From positions 6,279-70,278 of the forward strand of contig CAWHKC010000002.1 of NCBI GenBank assembly GCA_963829835.1: a DNA stretch of 64,000 bases, written 5' to 3'. Source of the stretch: an uncultured Pseudomonadota bacterium. GTDB lineage: Bacteria > Pseudomonadota > Gammaproteobacteria > Berkiellales > Berkiellaceae. This document shows, piece by piece, positions 45,238 to 54,862 of this stretch (within the stretch, counting starts at the first letter, position 1; every line of letters starts with the position of its first letter). The notes under the pieces are model-generated. The model was given only the letters and a program-made list of their open reading frames with translations. It was not told the origin of the DNA and did not search any database. Both the position numbers and the translations under genes were made by a program.

Positions 45238-45410
45238 ATCCTCTGCGCTCCCGTCTACGCTAAGAGCTACGCCGGGCAAGGAGAGAAATGGTCGCAAGGC
45301 GACCCGTGATAAATACTCTAAATGACCTGCCCGCCGAAGCTTCTGAGCGTAGGCTGGGTGCTGCCCCCTTTGGAATCAAAGGGGACCGTCGTCTGCGACG
45401 GGGGATTTAA
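45224..45410. repeat. Composite palindromic element containing two 31-33 bp units
   Basis: taaatcc (45235) / ggattta (45403) inverted ends; units at 45250-45281 and 45326-45358; hairpins ggtcgc-aag-gcgacc, cccctttg-gaat-caaagggg and ccgtcg-tctg-cgacgg. Confidence 0.75.
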
Positions 45411-46572
45411 TCTGGCATAAATATTTTACCACTTCCGAATGATTCTCTTGCGATGCAAGATGCAAAGGAAGATTTCCTTCTCGATCTAAGGGATTTACAT
45501 TAGCTCCCTTAGAAACTAAAGTTTTAATCATATCCAATTGCCCATTTCTGGCAGCAGTATGAATGCATTGCCTACCTAATACATCTTCCGACTGAAGAAC
45601 AGTCATATTACCAAAGCGCATGATAAGCTTATCTAATAAATCCACATTTCCATAAAATGCGGCTAGATGAATAGCATTAAATCCATCACTACTAACCACA
45701 TCCAACAAGTCATCTTTATTGGTAATTAACTCAGATATTAAATCAAATCGTCTTAATTCAAGCGCTAACCATAAGGGATTTAATTTGGTCGGTAATTTGT
45801 CTTGCAAATATCCAAGTAGGCCTCTTTTAACTTGTTCTTTATTTGATTGAGCTTTGAGATTAGCCTTTTTAGCTTTCAATGCAATGACGTTTGCTTTGCT
45901 ATTGATTAGAACCGCCCAATGCAATGGTGTAAAACCATTTTTATCTTTCGAGTCTAGAACGTTTACTTCCACTCTCGGATATTCAAGAAAAGCTTTTAAC
46001 ACTTCAGAGTTTGGATTTGCAGCGGCGATATGTAATGGTGTTTGTAAATGATTGTCTTTACAATTCAATTTGATTGCACGTCCTGTGAAATTAATATCTT
46101 CATCCAATAATATTTTTAACGTGGCTTCTGAAGAAAGACCAGCGGCGTGATGCAATGGTGTCTGATCGTTATTATCTTTAATTGTTAAATCTAATCCACG
46201 ATAAAATATTTTATGCTTAAGCCAGGATTTTCTATCTTTGCTTTTCCAGTACTCTTGCTGGATCATACTGAAAAGGACATTATTCTTCCCTTTCGCACAA
46301 GCAAGATGAAATGGTGTTATGCCCACGCCATTAGGTTGATAATAATTTGCGCCATGTTTGATGAGGTTTATAGCATCATCATCGATTTCCGAACGAATAG
46401 CCTGATGCAACTGTGTTTCATTTTTTTTGACTTCGATGAGGGGAATTAAAGTTAAGATTGTACTTTCCCAGGGTTGGGAGTTATCAAGGGATTCGTTGCT
46501 AGCAGGCAATCCAGATAAGATGTCAAATGCTTGGCCATTGTTCCAGATGGCTGCATTCATTAAATGTTTCAT
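45376..46572 (-). CDS. Ankyrin repeat protein (about 9 repeats), candidate secreted effector
   Basis: Repeated TPLH/TPFH..A motifs (GITPFHLAC, QTPLHHAA, QTPLHIAA, GFTPLHWAV, GFNAIHLAA, GNLPLHLAS). Confidence 0.92.
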   Translation of the reverse strand: MKHLMNAAIWNNGQAFDILSGLPASNESLDNSQPWESTILTLIPLIEVKKNETQLHQAIRSEIDDDAINLIKHGANYYQPNGVGITPFHLACAKGKNNVLFSMIQQEYWKSKDRKSWLKHKIFYRGLDLTIKDNNDQTPLHHAAGLSSEATLKILLDEDINFTGRAIKLNCKDNHLQTPLHIAAANPNSEVLKAFLEYPRVEVNVLDSKDKNGFTPLHWAVLINSKANVIALKAKKANLKAQSNKEQVKRGLLGYLQDKLPTKLNPLWLALELRRFDLISELITNKDDLLDVVSSDGFNAIHLAAFYGNVDLLDKLIMRFGNMTVLQSEDVLGRQCIHTAARNGQLDMIKTLVSKGANVNPLDREGNLPLHLASQENHSEVVKYLCQIKSPVADDGPL

Positions 46573-46893
46573 AAAAAGTTCCTTAAATGAGGAAAAAAAA
46601 CGTTAATTTTTTAGAACAATGTTTTAAATCAGTGAGTTCAGCCCTTTAAATGAGGATATGAATTATTGTCACCGTTGAGATATTCAACTGACAGATGTGA
46701 AATTCCTACTACAAGCATCGACTTCTCCATAATTTCTCTGATGCAAGAAGAGGGCATTATAAGTTGAATATCTTCAAATGCAACAAAAAATATTATGTTT
46801 AAGAAAAAAGTGTTTGGTGTAAATGCTCTATATTTCAGAATATTTGATGATTAAGAGAGAATAATTTTATAAAGATATGCTAGTTGGATTATC

Positions 46894-46910
46894 TATACCC
46901 AAAGGGTATA
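46894..46910 (-). terminator. Hairpin after pepN-DUF2835
   Basis: tataccc-aaa-gggtata, immediately after the stop at 46913. Confidence 0.45.
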
Positions 46911-46912
46911 AG

Positions 46913-47140
46913 TCAAAACTTTGAAATTTGATTAATATCAATCAATTTCCCAGTATCACAAAAGTGAATTTCAAAACGTCCCTGCACCCCATTGGCAGTG
47001 ACAAAGGGTCTCAAAGCTGAAACGGGGAGTTGAACTCTCTGCCCCGTTGTTGATGGTGCCACAATTACTTTAGCTACCCCTTGATAATATTGAAGAAGAT
47101 CTCTAGGCGAAATTCTTATATCCACTGTTAACATTGGCAT
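46913..47140 (-). CDS. DUF2835-family small protein
   Basis: LLQYYQG, GQRVQLP..ALRPFVT.NGVQGRF pattern. Confidence 0.75.
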   Translation of the reverse strand: MPMLTVDIRISPRDLLQYYQGVAKVIVAPSTTGQRVQLPVSALRPFVTANGVQGRFEIHFCDTGKLIDINQISKF

Positions 47141-47142
47141 AT

Positions 47143-49794
47143 TTATGCACTTAAAGATTTCGTTACAATTTCATAAACATCTTCTGATAAATTGCCAGAC
47201 GATTCTATTTTCATTAGGGCTTTTTTCATTAGCTCGCCATGCTTTTCATCTAAACGCTTCCATTGCGTCAATCCTTCTAGAAGACGAGCTGCTACTTGCG
47301 GGTTGCGTTGATTTAAGTCGAGCACACGATCAGCTAAAAATTGATATCCTTTCCCACTATCATCATGAAATCTTTCAGGGTTAGCCATACTAAATGTATT
47401 AATCAGTGCATAGACTTTATTGGGATTATTAATATCAAATCCTTCATGGTTTAATAAAGCTTGAATATTGCTCAACACATTGGGCAAATCAGCTGCCGCT
47501 TGTAATGAAAGCCACTTATTGACCACTAAAGGATCATTTTTAAAAGCTGCATAAAAATCATCAAATAATTTTTGACGCAATGATGATGTCGAGTGATTAA
47601 TTGCACCAAGGGCACCCATTTTATCTGTCATATTACGCGCATTTTTATATTGCTCTTGCGCAAGATTTAGCCATTTAGCCCCGGACTTCACTAAAAAGAA
47701 TAAACAGGTATTTTTTAAAGCACGCTGTCCCATGCTAGCGCTACTTAATGAACCATCATCTGCTTGTGCTGCATCTTGATAGATGCGCGCCAAATCATCT
47801 TCTAAGCTTTCAGAAAATCCTTGAATTAACGCTTTTCTTGCTGCAATCAAACTATCAACGTCGATACTAGCAAATTCTTCAGCAACATATTGGAATGAAG
47901 GAATAGCGAGCAATTGAGCAAGCAACGCTGGTTCTGAAATTTTTTGTTTTAATAATTTTGAATAGGCCTTAATCAATGTCGCTGGGGCGCTGAGTGTTTT
48001 GTTTTGTTGATAATCTTTCATCAAAGATTTGATAGCATGCGTGCCAATGCGTTGTGAGGCATCCCAACGATTAAACAGATCTTCATCAGAGGTCATTAAT
48101 AATACAAGCTCAGATTCTGTATAGGGATAAGATAATTTAACAGGCGCAGAGAAATTACCAAGTAAAGAAGGTACTGGTTTAATGGGTACATTTTCAAAAA
48201 CAAATTCTTGATTTTCTTTATCTAAAATTATGTACTGACCTTCTTCAGTTTGGTGAATGTGATTTTTTGATTCCAATGCCATTTTGCCACCTTCATCATC
48301 ATAAAGTGCAATCTTTATCGGAATGACATACGGCATCTTTTCTTTATGATCCGGCGTCAACGGACATTTTTGTGATAATGTTAATTTGAACTGCTTTGAT
48401 TTTGGATCAAATGTTTCTTTAACGGTAACTTGTGGCGTGCCAGCTTGATTATACCAGCGACGAAATTGTGTTAAATCAATATCATTCGCATCACTTAAGG
48501 CCGCAACAAAATCTTCGATAGTAACAGCTTGCCCATCATGACGTTCAAAATAGAGATCCATACCTTTTCTAAAACCGGCTTTACCTAACAAGGTATACTG
48601 CATTCTGATGACTTCGGCGCCCTTGTTATAGACGGTTGATGTATAAAAATTGTTAATTTCAATATAGGACTCAGGACGTACAGGATGCGCCATTGGGCCG
48701 GCGTCTTCTGCAAATTGACGGGTGCGAATAATGCGCGCATCAGTAATTCGCTTTACGGTTGGAGAACCAGTACTGGCAGAAAATTGCTGTTCACGAAAAA
48801 CCGTTAAACCTTCTTTGAGACTTAATTGAAACCAATCACGACAAGTGATTCTATTTCCTGTCCAATTATGAAAATATTCATGACCAATAACAGCTTCCAC
48901 ATTTTGAAAATCCACGTCTGTAGCTGTTTCTTCACTAGCTAGAACATATTTTGAGTTGAATATATTTAAACCTTTGTTTTCCATAGCGCCCATATTAAAA
49001 TCATTAACGGCAACTATCATATACACATCTAAATCATATTCTCTGCCATAAGCTTGTTCATCCCATTTCATGGATTTCTTCAAAGAGTTCAAAGCATATT
49101 GGCATTTATCTTTATTCTGTGGCTCAACAAAAATTTCTAATGCCACTTTACGACCTGATTCAGTTGTAAAGGAATCTTTTATGAGTGTCAGATCCCCTGC
49201 CACTAATGCAAAAAGATAGCTTGGTTTTTTAAAGGGATCTTGCCATTTTACAAAATGACGATTATCGGTCATGTCACCTGTGTCAATTTTATTACCATTG
49301 GATAACAAAACAGGATAACGTGTTTTATCCGCCACAATCGTTGTCGTAAACGTTGCCATTACATCTGGACGATCAAGATAATAGGTGATTCTTCTAAAAC
49401 CTTCTGCTTCACATTGTGTACAAAACAAAGCACCTGAACGATACAAACCACTTAGAGCTGTATTTTTTTGAGGAGCTATCTCAGTTACCACTTCAAGAGT
49501 AAAGTTATCAGGCACCTCTGTGATAGTAAGCGTCGATGGTGTTTGTTCATATTGCTTTGCATTAAGACGCGTATCGTTTAATTGTAGAGAAATGAGCTTT
49601 AGTGATTCACCGTTAAGTACAAGTGGACGCTGGTGTTTTTCCAGGTGGGTATTGCGGCTCATCCTTAATATAGAATGAACTAATGCTTTATCCTCCATCA
49701 GCTCGAAGTGCAAATCAACACTCTGGACCAAAAAATCAGGCCTCTGGTAATCCTTCAAGTAGGTTGTATTGAGTTTTGAGTTTTGCATTTTCAT
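47143..49794 (-). CDS. pepN: Aminopeptidase N
   Basis: TQCEAEGFRRIT, GAMEN, HEYFH...E zinc motif, YNKGAEV and NPQVAAR motifs. Confidence 0.96.
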   Translation of the reverse strand: MKMQNSKLNTTYLKDYQRPDFLVQSVDLHFELMEDKALVHSILRMSRNTHLEKHQRPLVLNGESLKLISLQLNDTRLNAKQYEQTPSTLTITEVPDNFTLEVVTEIAPQKNTALSGLYRSGALFCTQCEAEGFRRITYYLDRPDVMATFTTTIVADKTRYPVLLSNGNKIDTGDMTDNRHFVKWQDPFKKPSYLFALVAGDLTLIKDSFTTESGRKVALEIFVEPQNKDKCQYALNSLKKSMKWDEQAYGREYDLDVYMIVAVNDFNMGAMENKGLNIFNSKYVLASEETATDVDFQNVEAVIGHEYFHNWTGNRITCRDWFQLSLKEGLTVFREQQFSASTGSPTVKRITDARIIRTRQFAEDAGPMAHPVRPESYIEINNFYTSTVYNKGAEVIRMQYTLLGKAGFRKGMDLYFERHDGQAVTIEDFVAALSDANDIDLTQFRRWYNQAGTPQVTVKETFDPKSKQFKLTLSQKCPLTPDHKEKMPYVIPIKIALYDDEGGKMALESKNHIHQTEEGQYIILDKENQEFVFENVPIKPVPSLLGNFSAPVKLSYPYTESELVLLMTSDEDLFNRWDASQRIGTHAIKSLMKDYQQNKTLSAPATLIKAYSKLLKQKISEPALLAQLLAIPSFQYVAEEFASIDVDSLIAARKALIQGFSESLEDDLARIYQDAAQADDGSLSSASMGQRALKNTCLFFLVKSGAKWLNLAQEQYKNARNMTDKMGALGAINHSTSSLRQKLFDDFYAAFKNDPLVVNKWLSLQAAADLPNVLSNIQALLNHEGFDINNPNKVYALINTFSMANPERFHDDSGKGYQFLADRVLDLNQRNPQVAARLLEGLTQWKRLDEKHGELMKKALMKIESSGNLSEDVYEIVTKSLSA

Positions 49795-49987
49795 ATTGCT
49801 CGTCGCTTGCCTATGCTTAATTAGGAGGATAAATAATTTTTATTCACTGTCCTAAGTCTATCCCTTAAAAAAGTTGGGATCCAGACAAGGGGTAATGAAT
49901 CTCATAATACTGATTATAAACTCAGATAAAAGTTGTGTTTAGTTATAAAGCTTATAAACTTAAACACAGATACTTTGTTTCAAAGGA

Positions 49988-51922
49988 GTGAGCCATATGG
50001 ATGTTTTAAGTAGCTTCAAAGATCGCTACGACGGACGTTATAAAGAAGAAGAGTATAGCCTTCAGGAATATCTTACCCTTTGCAAACAGGACCCAATGGC
50101 CTACGCAAATGCAGCAGAGAGGTTACTTGGCGCTATAGGTGAGCCCAAGCTTGTTGATACCAGCAAGGACAGACGATTAAGTCGGATCTTCTCAAACAAA
50201 GTAATGAAACTTTATGACTCATTTGATTCTTTCTACGGTATGGAAGAACCCATTGAACAAATTGTCTCGTTTTTAAAACATGCCGCCCAAGGGTTAGAAG
50301 AAAGAAAACAAATTCTATACCTACTAGGCCCTGTCGGAGGTGGTAAATCCTCACTTGCAGAACGCCTTAAAGCCTTAATGGAAAAAGTCCCTTTTTATGC
50401 TATCAAAGGATCACCTGTACATGAATCGCCCCTGGGATTATTTAGTCCTGAAGAAGATGGCCCTATATTAGAAGAAGAATACAGCATTCCAAGACGTTAT
50501 ATTGAAACTATCATGTCGCCATGGGCTGTTAAGCGTCTTCATGAATATAATGGTGACATCAATCAATTTAGAGTGGTCAAATTATGGCCCTCACGCTTAC
50601 GTCAGATAGCGGTTGCAAAAACGGAACCAGGCGATGAAAACAATCAAGATATTTCATCTCTGGTTGGTAAAGTCGATATTCGTAAATTAGAACAATATGC
50701 TCAAGATGATCCAGATGCTTATAGCTATTCTGGCGGCTTATGCAAAGCTAACCGTGGGTTACTTGAGTTTGTTGAAATGTTTAAAGCTCCCATTAAAGTG
50801 TTACATCCCCTTCTCACCGCCACTCAAGAAGGCAATTACAATGCAACCGAAGGTTCAGCATCCATCCCTTTTGATGGCATCATCATGGCACATTCCAATG
50901 AAAGCGAATGGCTAACCTTTAAAAATAACAAACATAATGAAGCCTTTTTAGACAGAGTTTACATAGTTAAAGTTCCCTATTGTTTACGCGTCACAGAAGA
51001 AATTCAGATCTACAAAAAATTATTGCTAAACAGTTCTTTGAAAGAGGCACATTGTGCTCCTAACACACTCAAAATGCTATCTCAATTTACTGTGCTTTCT
51101 AGATTAAAAGAACCAGAAAACTCAAGCATATTCTCGAAGATGCGGGTTTATGATGGCGAAAATCTAAAAGACACGGATCCAAAAGCTAAATCCTATCAAG
51201 AATATCGTGATTATGCCGGTGTCGATGAAGGGATGACAGGGCTTTCGACTCGATTCGCTTTTAAAATTCTTTCTAAAGTCTTTAATTTTGACTCAACGGA
51301 AATAGCAGCCAATCCAGTACATTTATTATATGTTATTGAGCAGCAAATTGAGCGTGAGCAATTTCAACCTGAAATTGCAGAACGTTATTTATCCTACATC
51401 AAAGGATATTTAACTCCTCGATATGTGGAATTTATTGGTAAAGAAATTCAAACGGCTTATCTTGAATCGTATTCAGAATATGGTCAGAACATATTTGATA
51501 GATATGTTACCTATGCTGATTTTTGGATCCAAGATTCAGAATACCGTGATCCAGACACCGGCGAAATCTTAGATAGAAGAGCTTTGAACGATGAGCTTGA
51601 AAAAATTGAAAAGCCCGCCGGCATCAGCAATCCAAAAGATTTTCGTAATGAAATTGTTAATTTTGTCTTAAGAGCTCGCGCAAATAATCGTGGTAAAAAT
51701 CCAAGCTGGACAAGTTATGAAAAGCTGCGGGTCGTCATAGAGAAAAAGATGTTCTCCAACACGGAAGATCTCCTTCCTGTGATCTCTTTTAATGCAAAAG
51801 CATCTATTGATGAGAAGAAAAAACATCAAGAATTTGTCGATCGTATGGTCGATAAAGGTTACACACCAAAGCAGGTGCGTTTATTATGCGAATGGTACTT
51901 ACGTGTGCGTAAGTCCACTTAG
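49988..51922 (+). CDS. prkA: PrkA/YeaG-family AAA+ serine protein kinase
   Basis: GPVGGGKSS Walker A, EPGDENNQDIS and FVEMFK motifs; GTG start with AAGGAG RBS. Confidence 0.94.
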   Translation: MSHMDVLSSFKDRYDGRYKEEEYSLQEYLTLCKQDPMAYANAAERLLGAIGEPKLVDTSKDRRLSRIFSNKVMKLYDSFDSFYGMEEPIEQIVSFLKHAAQGLEERKQILYLLGPVGGGKSSLAERLKALMEKVPFYAIKGSPVHESPLGLFSPEEDGPILEEEYSIPRRYIETIMSPWAVKRLHEYNGDINQFRVVKLWPSRLRQIAVAKTEPGDENNQDISSLVGKVDIRKLEQYAQDDPDAYSYSGGLCKANRGLLEFVEMFKAPIKVLHPLLTATQEGNYNATEGSASIPFDGIIMAHSNESEWLTFKNNKHNEAFLDRVYIVKVPYCLRVTEEIQIYKKLLLNSSLKEAHCAPNTLKMLSQFTVLSRLKEPENSSIFSKMRVYDGENLKDTDPKAKSYQEYRDYAGVDEGMTGLSTRFAFKILSKVFNFDSTEIAANPVHLLYVIEQQIEREQFQPEIAERYLSYIKGYLTPRYVEFIGKEIQTAYLESYSEYGQNIFDRYVTYADFWIQDSEYRDPDTGEILDRRALNDELEKIEKPAGISNPKDFRNEIVNFVLRARANNRGKNPSWTSYEKLRVVIEKKMFSNTEDLLPVISFNAKASIDEKKKHQEFVDRMVDKGYTPKQVRLLCEWYLRVRKST

Positions 51923-51931
51923 GAGAGACCC

Positions 51932-53203
51932 TTGTCACGCTTTATTGACAGACGTCCGAATGGTCGCCACAAAAGCGCTGTAAACCGCCAGCGCTTTATT
52001 CGCCGCTTCAAAAAACAAATTCAGGAAGCAGTGCGTCAAGCTATATCAGGACGTTCTATCAAAGAAGTAGATGAGAGTGGTGAAAAAATAACTATTCCTG
52101 CCAAAGATATTTCAGAACCTTCTTTTTCCTATGGCATTGGTGGTGTAAGAGATATCATTTTACCAGGTAATAAAGACTTTATCCCAGGTGATTTGATCAA
52201 ACGCCCTAACAAAGGTGGCGCTTCAGGTGGCACATCGGCCAGCAATTCATCTGAACAAGGAAGTGACGATTTTGTTTTTGAAATATCAAAAGAGGAATTT
52301 TTAGATCTCTTCTTTGAAGATCTTGCTCTACCTAATTTGGTTAAAACACAAGTAGCTAAAATCCCCTCTTTTAAAATGGTGCGCGCTGGGTACACTTCTG
52401 AAGGAACACCTGCCAATATCAATATATTACGCTCTGTTAAAAATGCCATGGGTAGAAGAATTGCCCTTTCCTCTCCTAAAAAAGCAAAAATTGAGGAATT
52501 AGAAACCGAATTAGCTTTATTAGAAAAAACTGAACCTTCATCAAATAGAATAAATCAAATACTTGAAGAAATAATACAGTTGAAGCATAAAATTGAAAAA
52601 ATTCCTTTTATTGATCCCTATGATTTAAAATATAACTATCGTGTCAAGAGAGCTATGCCAACAACTCAAGCAGTCATGTTCTGTTTGATGGATGTTTCAG
52701 GTTCAATGGATGAAGCAAAAAAAGATATTGCCAAACGTTTCTTTATTCTACTCTACTTATTTTTGACAAGAACTTATGAAAACGTAGAAGTTGTATTTAT
52801 TCGACACCATACTTCCGCCAAAGAAGTCAATGAAGAAGAATTTTTCTATTCAAGAGAAACAGGAGGCACAGTTGTCTCCAGTGCTTTGGAATTAATGAAA
52901 GAAGTAATGCAAGCTCGCTTCCCTACTTCTGATTGGAATATATATGCAGCTCAAGCTTCGGATGGAGATAATTGGAATAATGATTCTCCACGGTGCAGAG
53001 ATATTTTAGTAAATGATATATTACCCTATGTGCAATATTTTGCTTATGTTGAAATTATGCCTAGACACCATCAAAGCTTATGGGAAGCTTATCTTAACGT
53101 TAATGAGCAATGCCCGCAATTTGCAATGCAAAACATCGAAGATGTTAAAGATATTTATCCTGTGTTCAGGGAACTATTTAAGCGTACTGAAAACGCACCT
53201 TAA
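51932..53203 (+). CDS. yeaH: YeaH/YhbH-family protein (vWA-like)
   Basis: SAVNRQRF, MDVSGSM, ETGGTVVSSAL and ASDGDNW motifs. Confidence 0.92.
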   Translation: MSRFIDRRPNGRHKSAVNRQRFIRRFKKQIQEAVRQAISGRSIKEVDESGEKITIPAKDISEPSFSYGIGGVRDIILPGNKDFIPGDLIKRPNKGGASGGTSASNSSEQGSDDFVFEISKEEFLDLFFEDLALPNLVKTQVAKIPSFKMVRAGYTSEGTPANINILRSVKNAMGRRIALSSPKKAKIEELETELALLEKTEPSSNRINQILEEIIQLKHKIEKIPFIDPYDLKYNYRVKRAMPTTQAVMFCLMDVSGSMDEAKKDIAKRFFILLYLFLTRTYENVEVVFIRHHTSAKEVNEEEFFYSRETGGTVVSSALELMKEVMQARFPTSDWNIYAAQASDGDNWNNDSPRCRDILVNDILPYVQYFAYVEIMPRHHQSLWEAYLNVNEQCPQFAMQNIEDVKDIYPVFRELFKRTENAP

Positions 53204-53218
53204 GGATAAGAAAAGATT

Positions 53219-54748
53219 ATGCCAAAACATAATATCATATCCAGTTCCTCTGAATGGACTCATGAATTGTTACAGCAATATGATAAAGAAATTAAACGTA
53301 TTGCGCGAGGCTATAAATTAGATACTTATCCTAATCAAGTCGAAATCATTAATTCAGAACAAATGTTAGACGCTTATTCCTCTGTGGGTATGCCACTGGG
53401 CTATAGCCATTGGTCTTTTGGTAAACAGTTTTTAAATGTCGAAAAGAATTATAAACGTGGTTACATGGGATTGGCGTATGAGTTGGTCATTAATTCCAAC
53501 CCTTGTATTGCTTATTTAATGGAAGAGAATACCCTTGCTATGCAAGCGCTGGTGATTGCTCATGCTTGTTATGGTCACAATTCATTTTTTAAAGGGAATT
53601 ATCTTTTCAAAACATGGACTAGCCCTGATTCCATCATTGATTATCTTGTCTTTGCCAAAAATTATGTCGCGCAATGCGAAGAACAATATGGCATTGATGC
53701 TGTTGAAGAAATTCTAGATGCATGCCATGCCCTCATGAATCATGGCGTCGATAGGTACAAGCGCCCCAATAAAATCTCACTATTAGAAGAAAAGCAACGT
53801 CAATCCAAACGTGCTGAATATTTACAAACGCTGGTTAATGAATTATGGCGTACTTTACCAACTTCAAAAAACAAAGATATTAAAGAAGATGAAAAGCGGT
53901 TCCCAGAAGATCCACAGGAAAACATTCTTTATTTTGTTGAAAAGCATGCACCATTACTTGAAAGCTGGCAACGTGAGCTTGTCCGAATTGTACGCAAAAT
54001 GGCTCAGTATTTTTATCCGCAAAGACAAACAAAAGTAATGAACGAAGGATGGGCTACCTTTTGGCATTACACCATCATCAATCACTTATTTGATGATGGA
54101 CTTGTTAATGATGATTTTATGATGGAATTTTTGCATAACCACACCAACGTTATCTATCAACCTCCGTTTGAAAGCCAATTCTATAGTGGGATTAATCCTT
54201 ACACGCTTGGATTCACCATGTTTTGTGACATACGGCGTATTTGTGAGAATCCAACCGAAGAAGATAAAAAATGGTTTCCTGATATAGCAGGCACTAACTG
54301 GATCGACACATTAGACTTTGCAATGCGTAATTTTAAAGATGAAAGTTTCATAGCGCAATTTTTGTCGCCAAAAGTCATGCGCGATCTGAAACTTTTTACC
54401 ATTGTTGATGATGATAGTCGTGAAGATCTGGAAGTGTTGGTAATTCATAATGAAGAAGGCTACAGAAAGATCAGGCAAATACTAAGTGAGCATTATAATA
54501 TTGGAAATCAGGAACCTGATATCCAAGTGTTTAGCGTTGATATAAGAGGAGATCGTTCTTTAACCTTACGTTATACGCAAAGAAACCGCCGCCCATTAGG
54601 GGATTCAACCAATGAAGTCCTAAAACATCTCTATACACTGTGGGGCTTCCCTATCAAATTAGAAACGATGGGAGAAGATGGACAACCACATTTGCTCTAT
54701 CAATGCCCTCCTAAAAAAGAAAATGATAAGAAAACGCCCAATATGTAA
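53219..54748 (+). CDS. ycgB: SpoVR-family protein
   Basis: GMPLGYSHWSFGK, AYELVINSNP, HACYGHNSFF and MNEGWATFWH motifs. Confidence 0.92.
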   Translation: MPKHNIISSSSEWTHELLQQYDKEIKRIARGYKLDTYPNQVEIINSEQMLDAYSSVGMPLGYSHWSFGKQFLNVEKNYKRGYMGLAYELVINSNPCIAYLMEENTLAMQALVIAHACYGHNSFFKGNYLFKTWTSPDSIIDYLVFAKNYVAQCEEQYGIDAVEEILDACHALMNHGVDRYKRPNKISLLEEKQRQSKRAEYLQTLVNELWRTLPTSKNKDIKEDEKRFPEDPQENILYFVEKHAPLLESWQRELVRIVRKMAQYFYPQRQTKVMNEGWATFWHYTIINHLFDDGLVNDDFMMEFLHNHTNVIYQPPFESQFYSGINPYTLGFTMFCDIRRICENPTEEDKKWFPDIAGTNWIDTLDFAMRNFKDESFIAQFLSPKVMRDLKLFTIVDDDSREDLEVLVIHNEEGYRKIRQILSEHYNIGNQEPDIQVFSVDIRGDRSLTLRYTQRNRRPLGDSTNEVLKHLYTLWGFPIKLETMGEDGQPHLLYQCPPKKENDKKTPNM

Positions 54749-54820
54749 TCTATTTGGCTTACTATTTATATTGACTGTCTACTCCCTCCTACGTAGAATC
54801 CGAAATCATTTAAAAATAAA

Positions 54821-54843
54821 CCCTCTCCCAAAATGGGAGAGGG
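54821..54843. repeat. Short copy of the ccctctccc/gggagaggg hairpin element
   Basis: ccctctccc-aaaat-gggagaggg, 20 bp upstream of the symporter start. Confidence 0.65.
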
Positions 54844-54862
54844 GATAAGATATAGAAGTAGT

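Noticed and set aside
54749-54862. Glycine riboswitch upstream of the AGCS symporter
   Set aside because: Spacer is short and lacks the conserved aptamer motifs; only a repeat-family hairpin is present.
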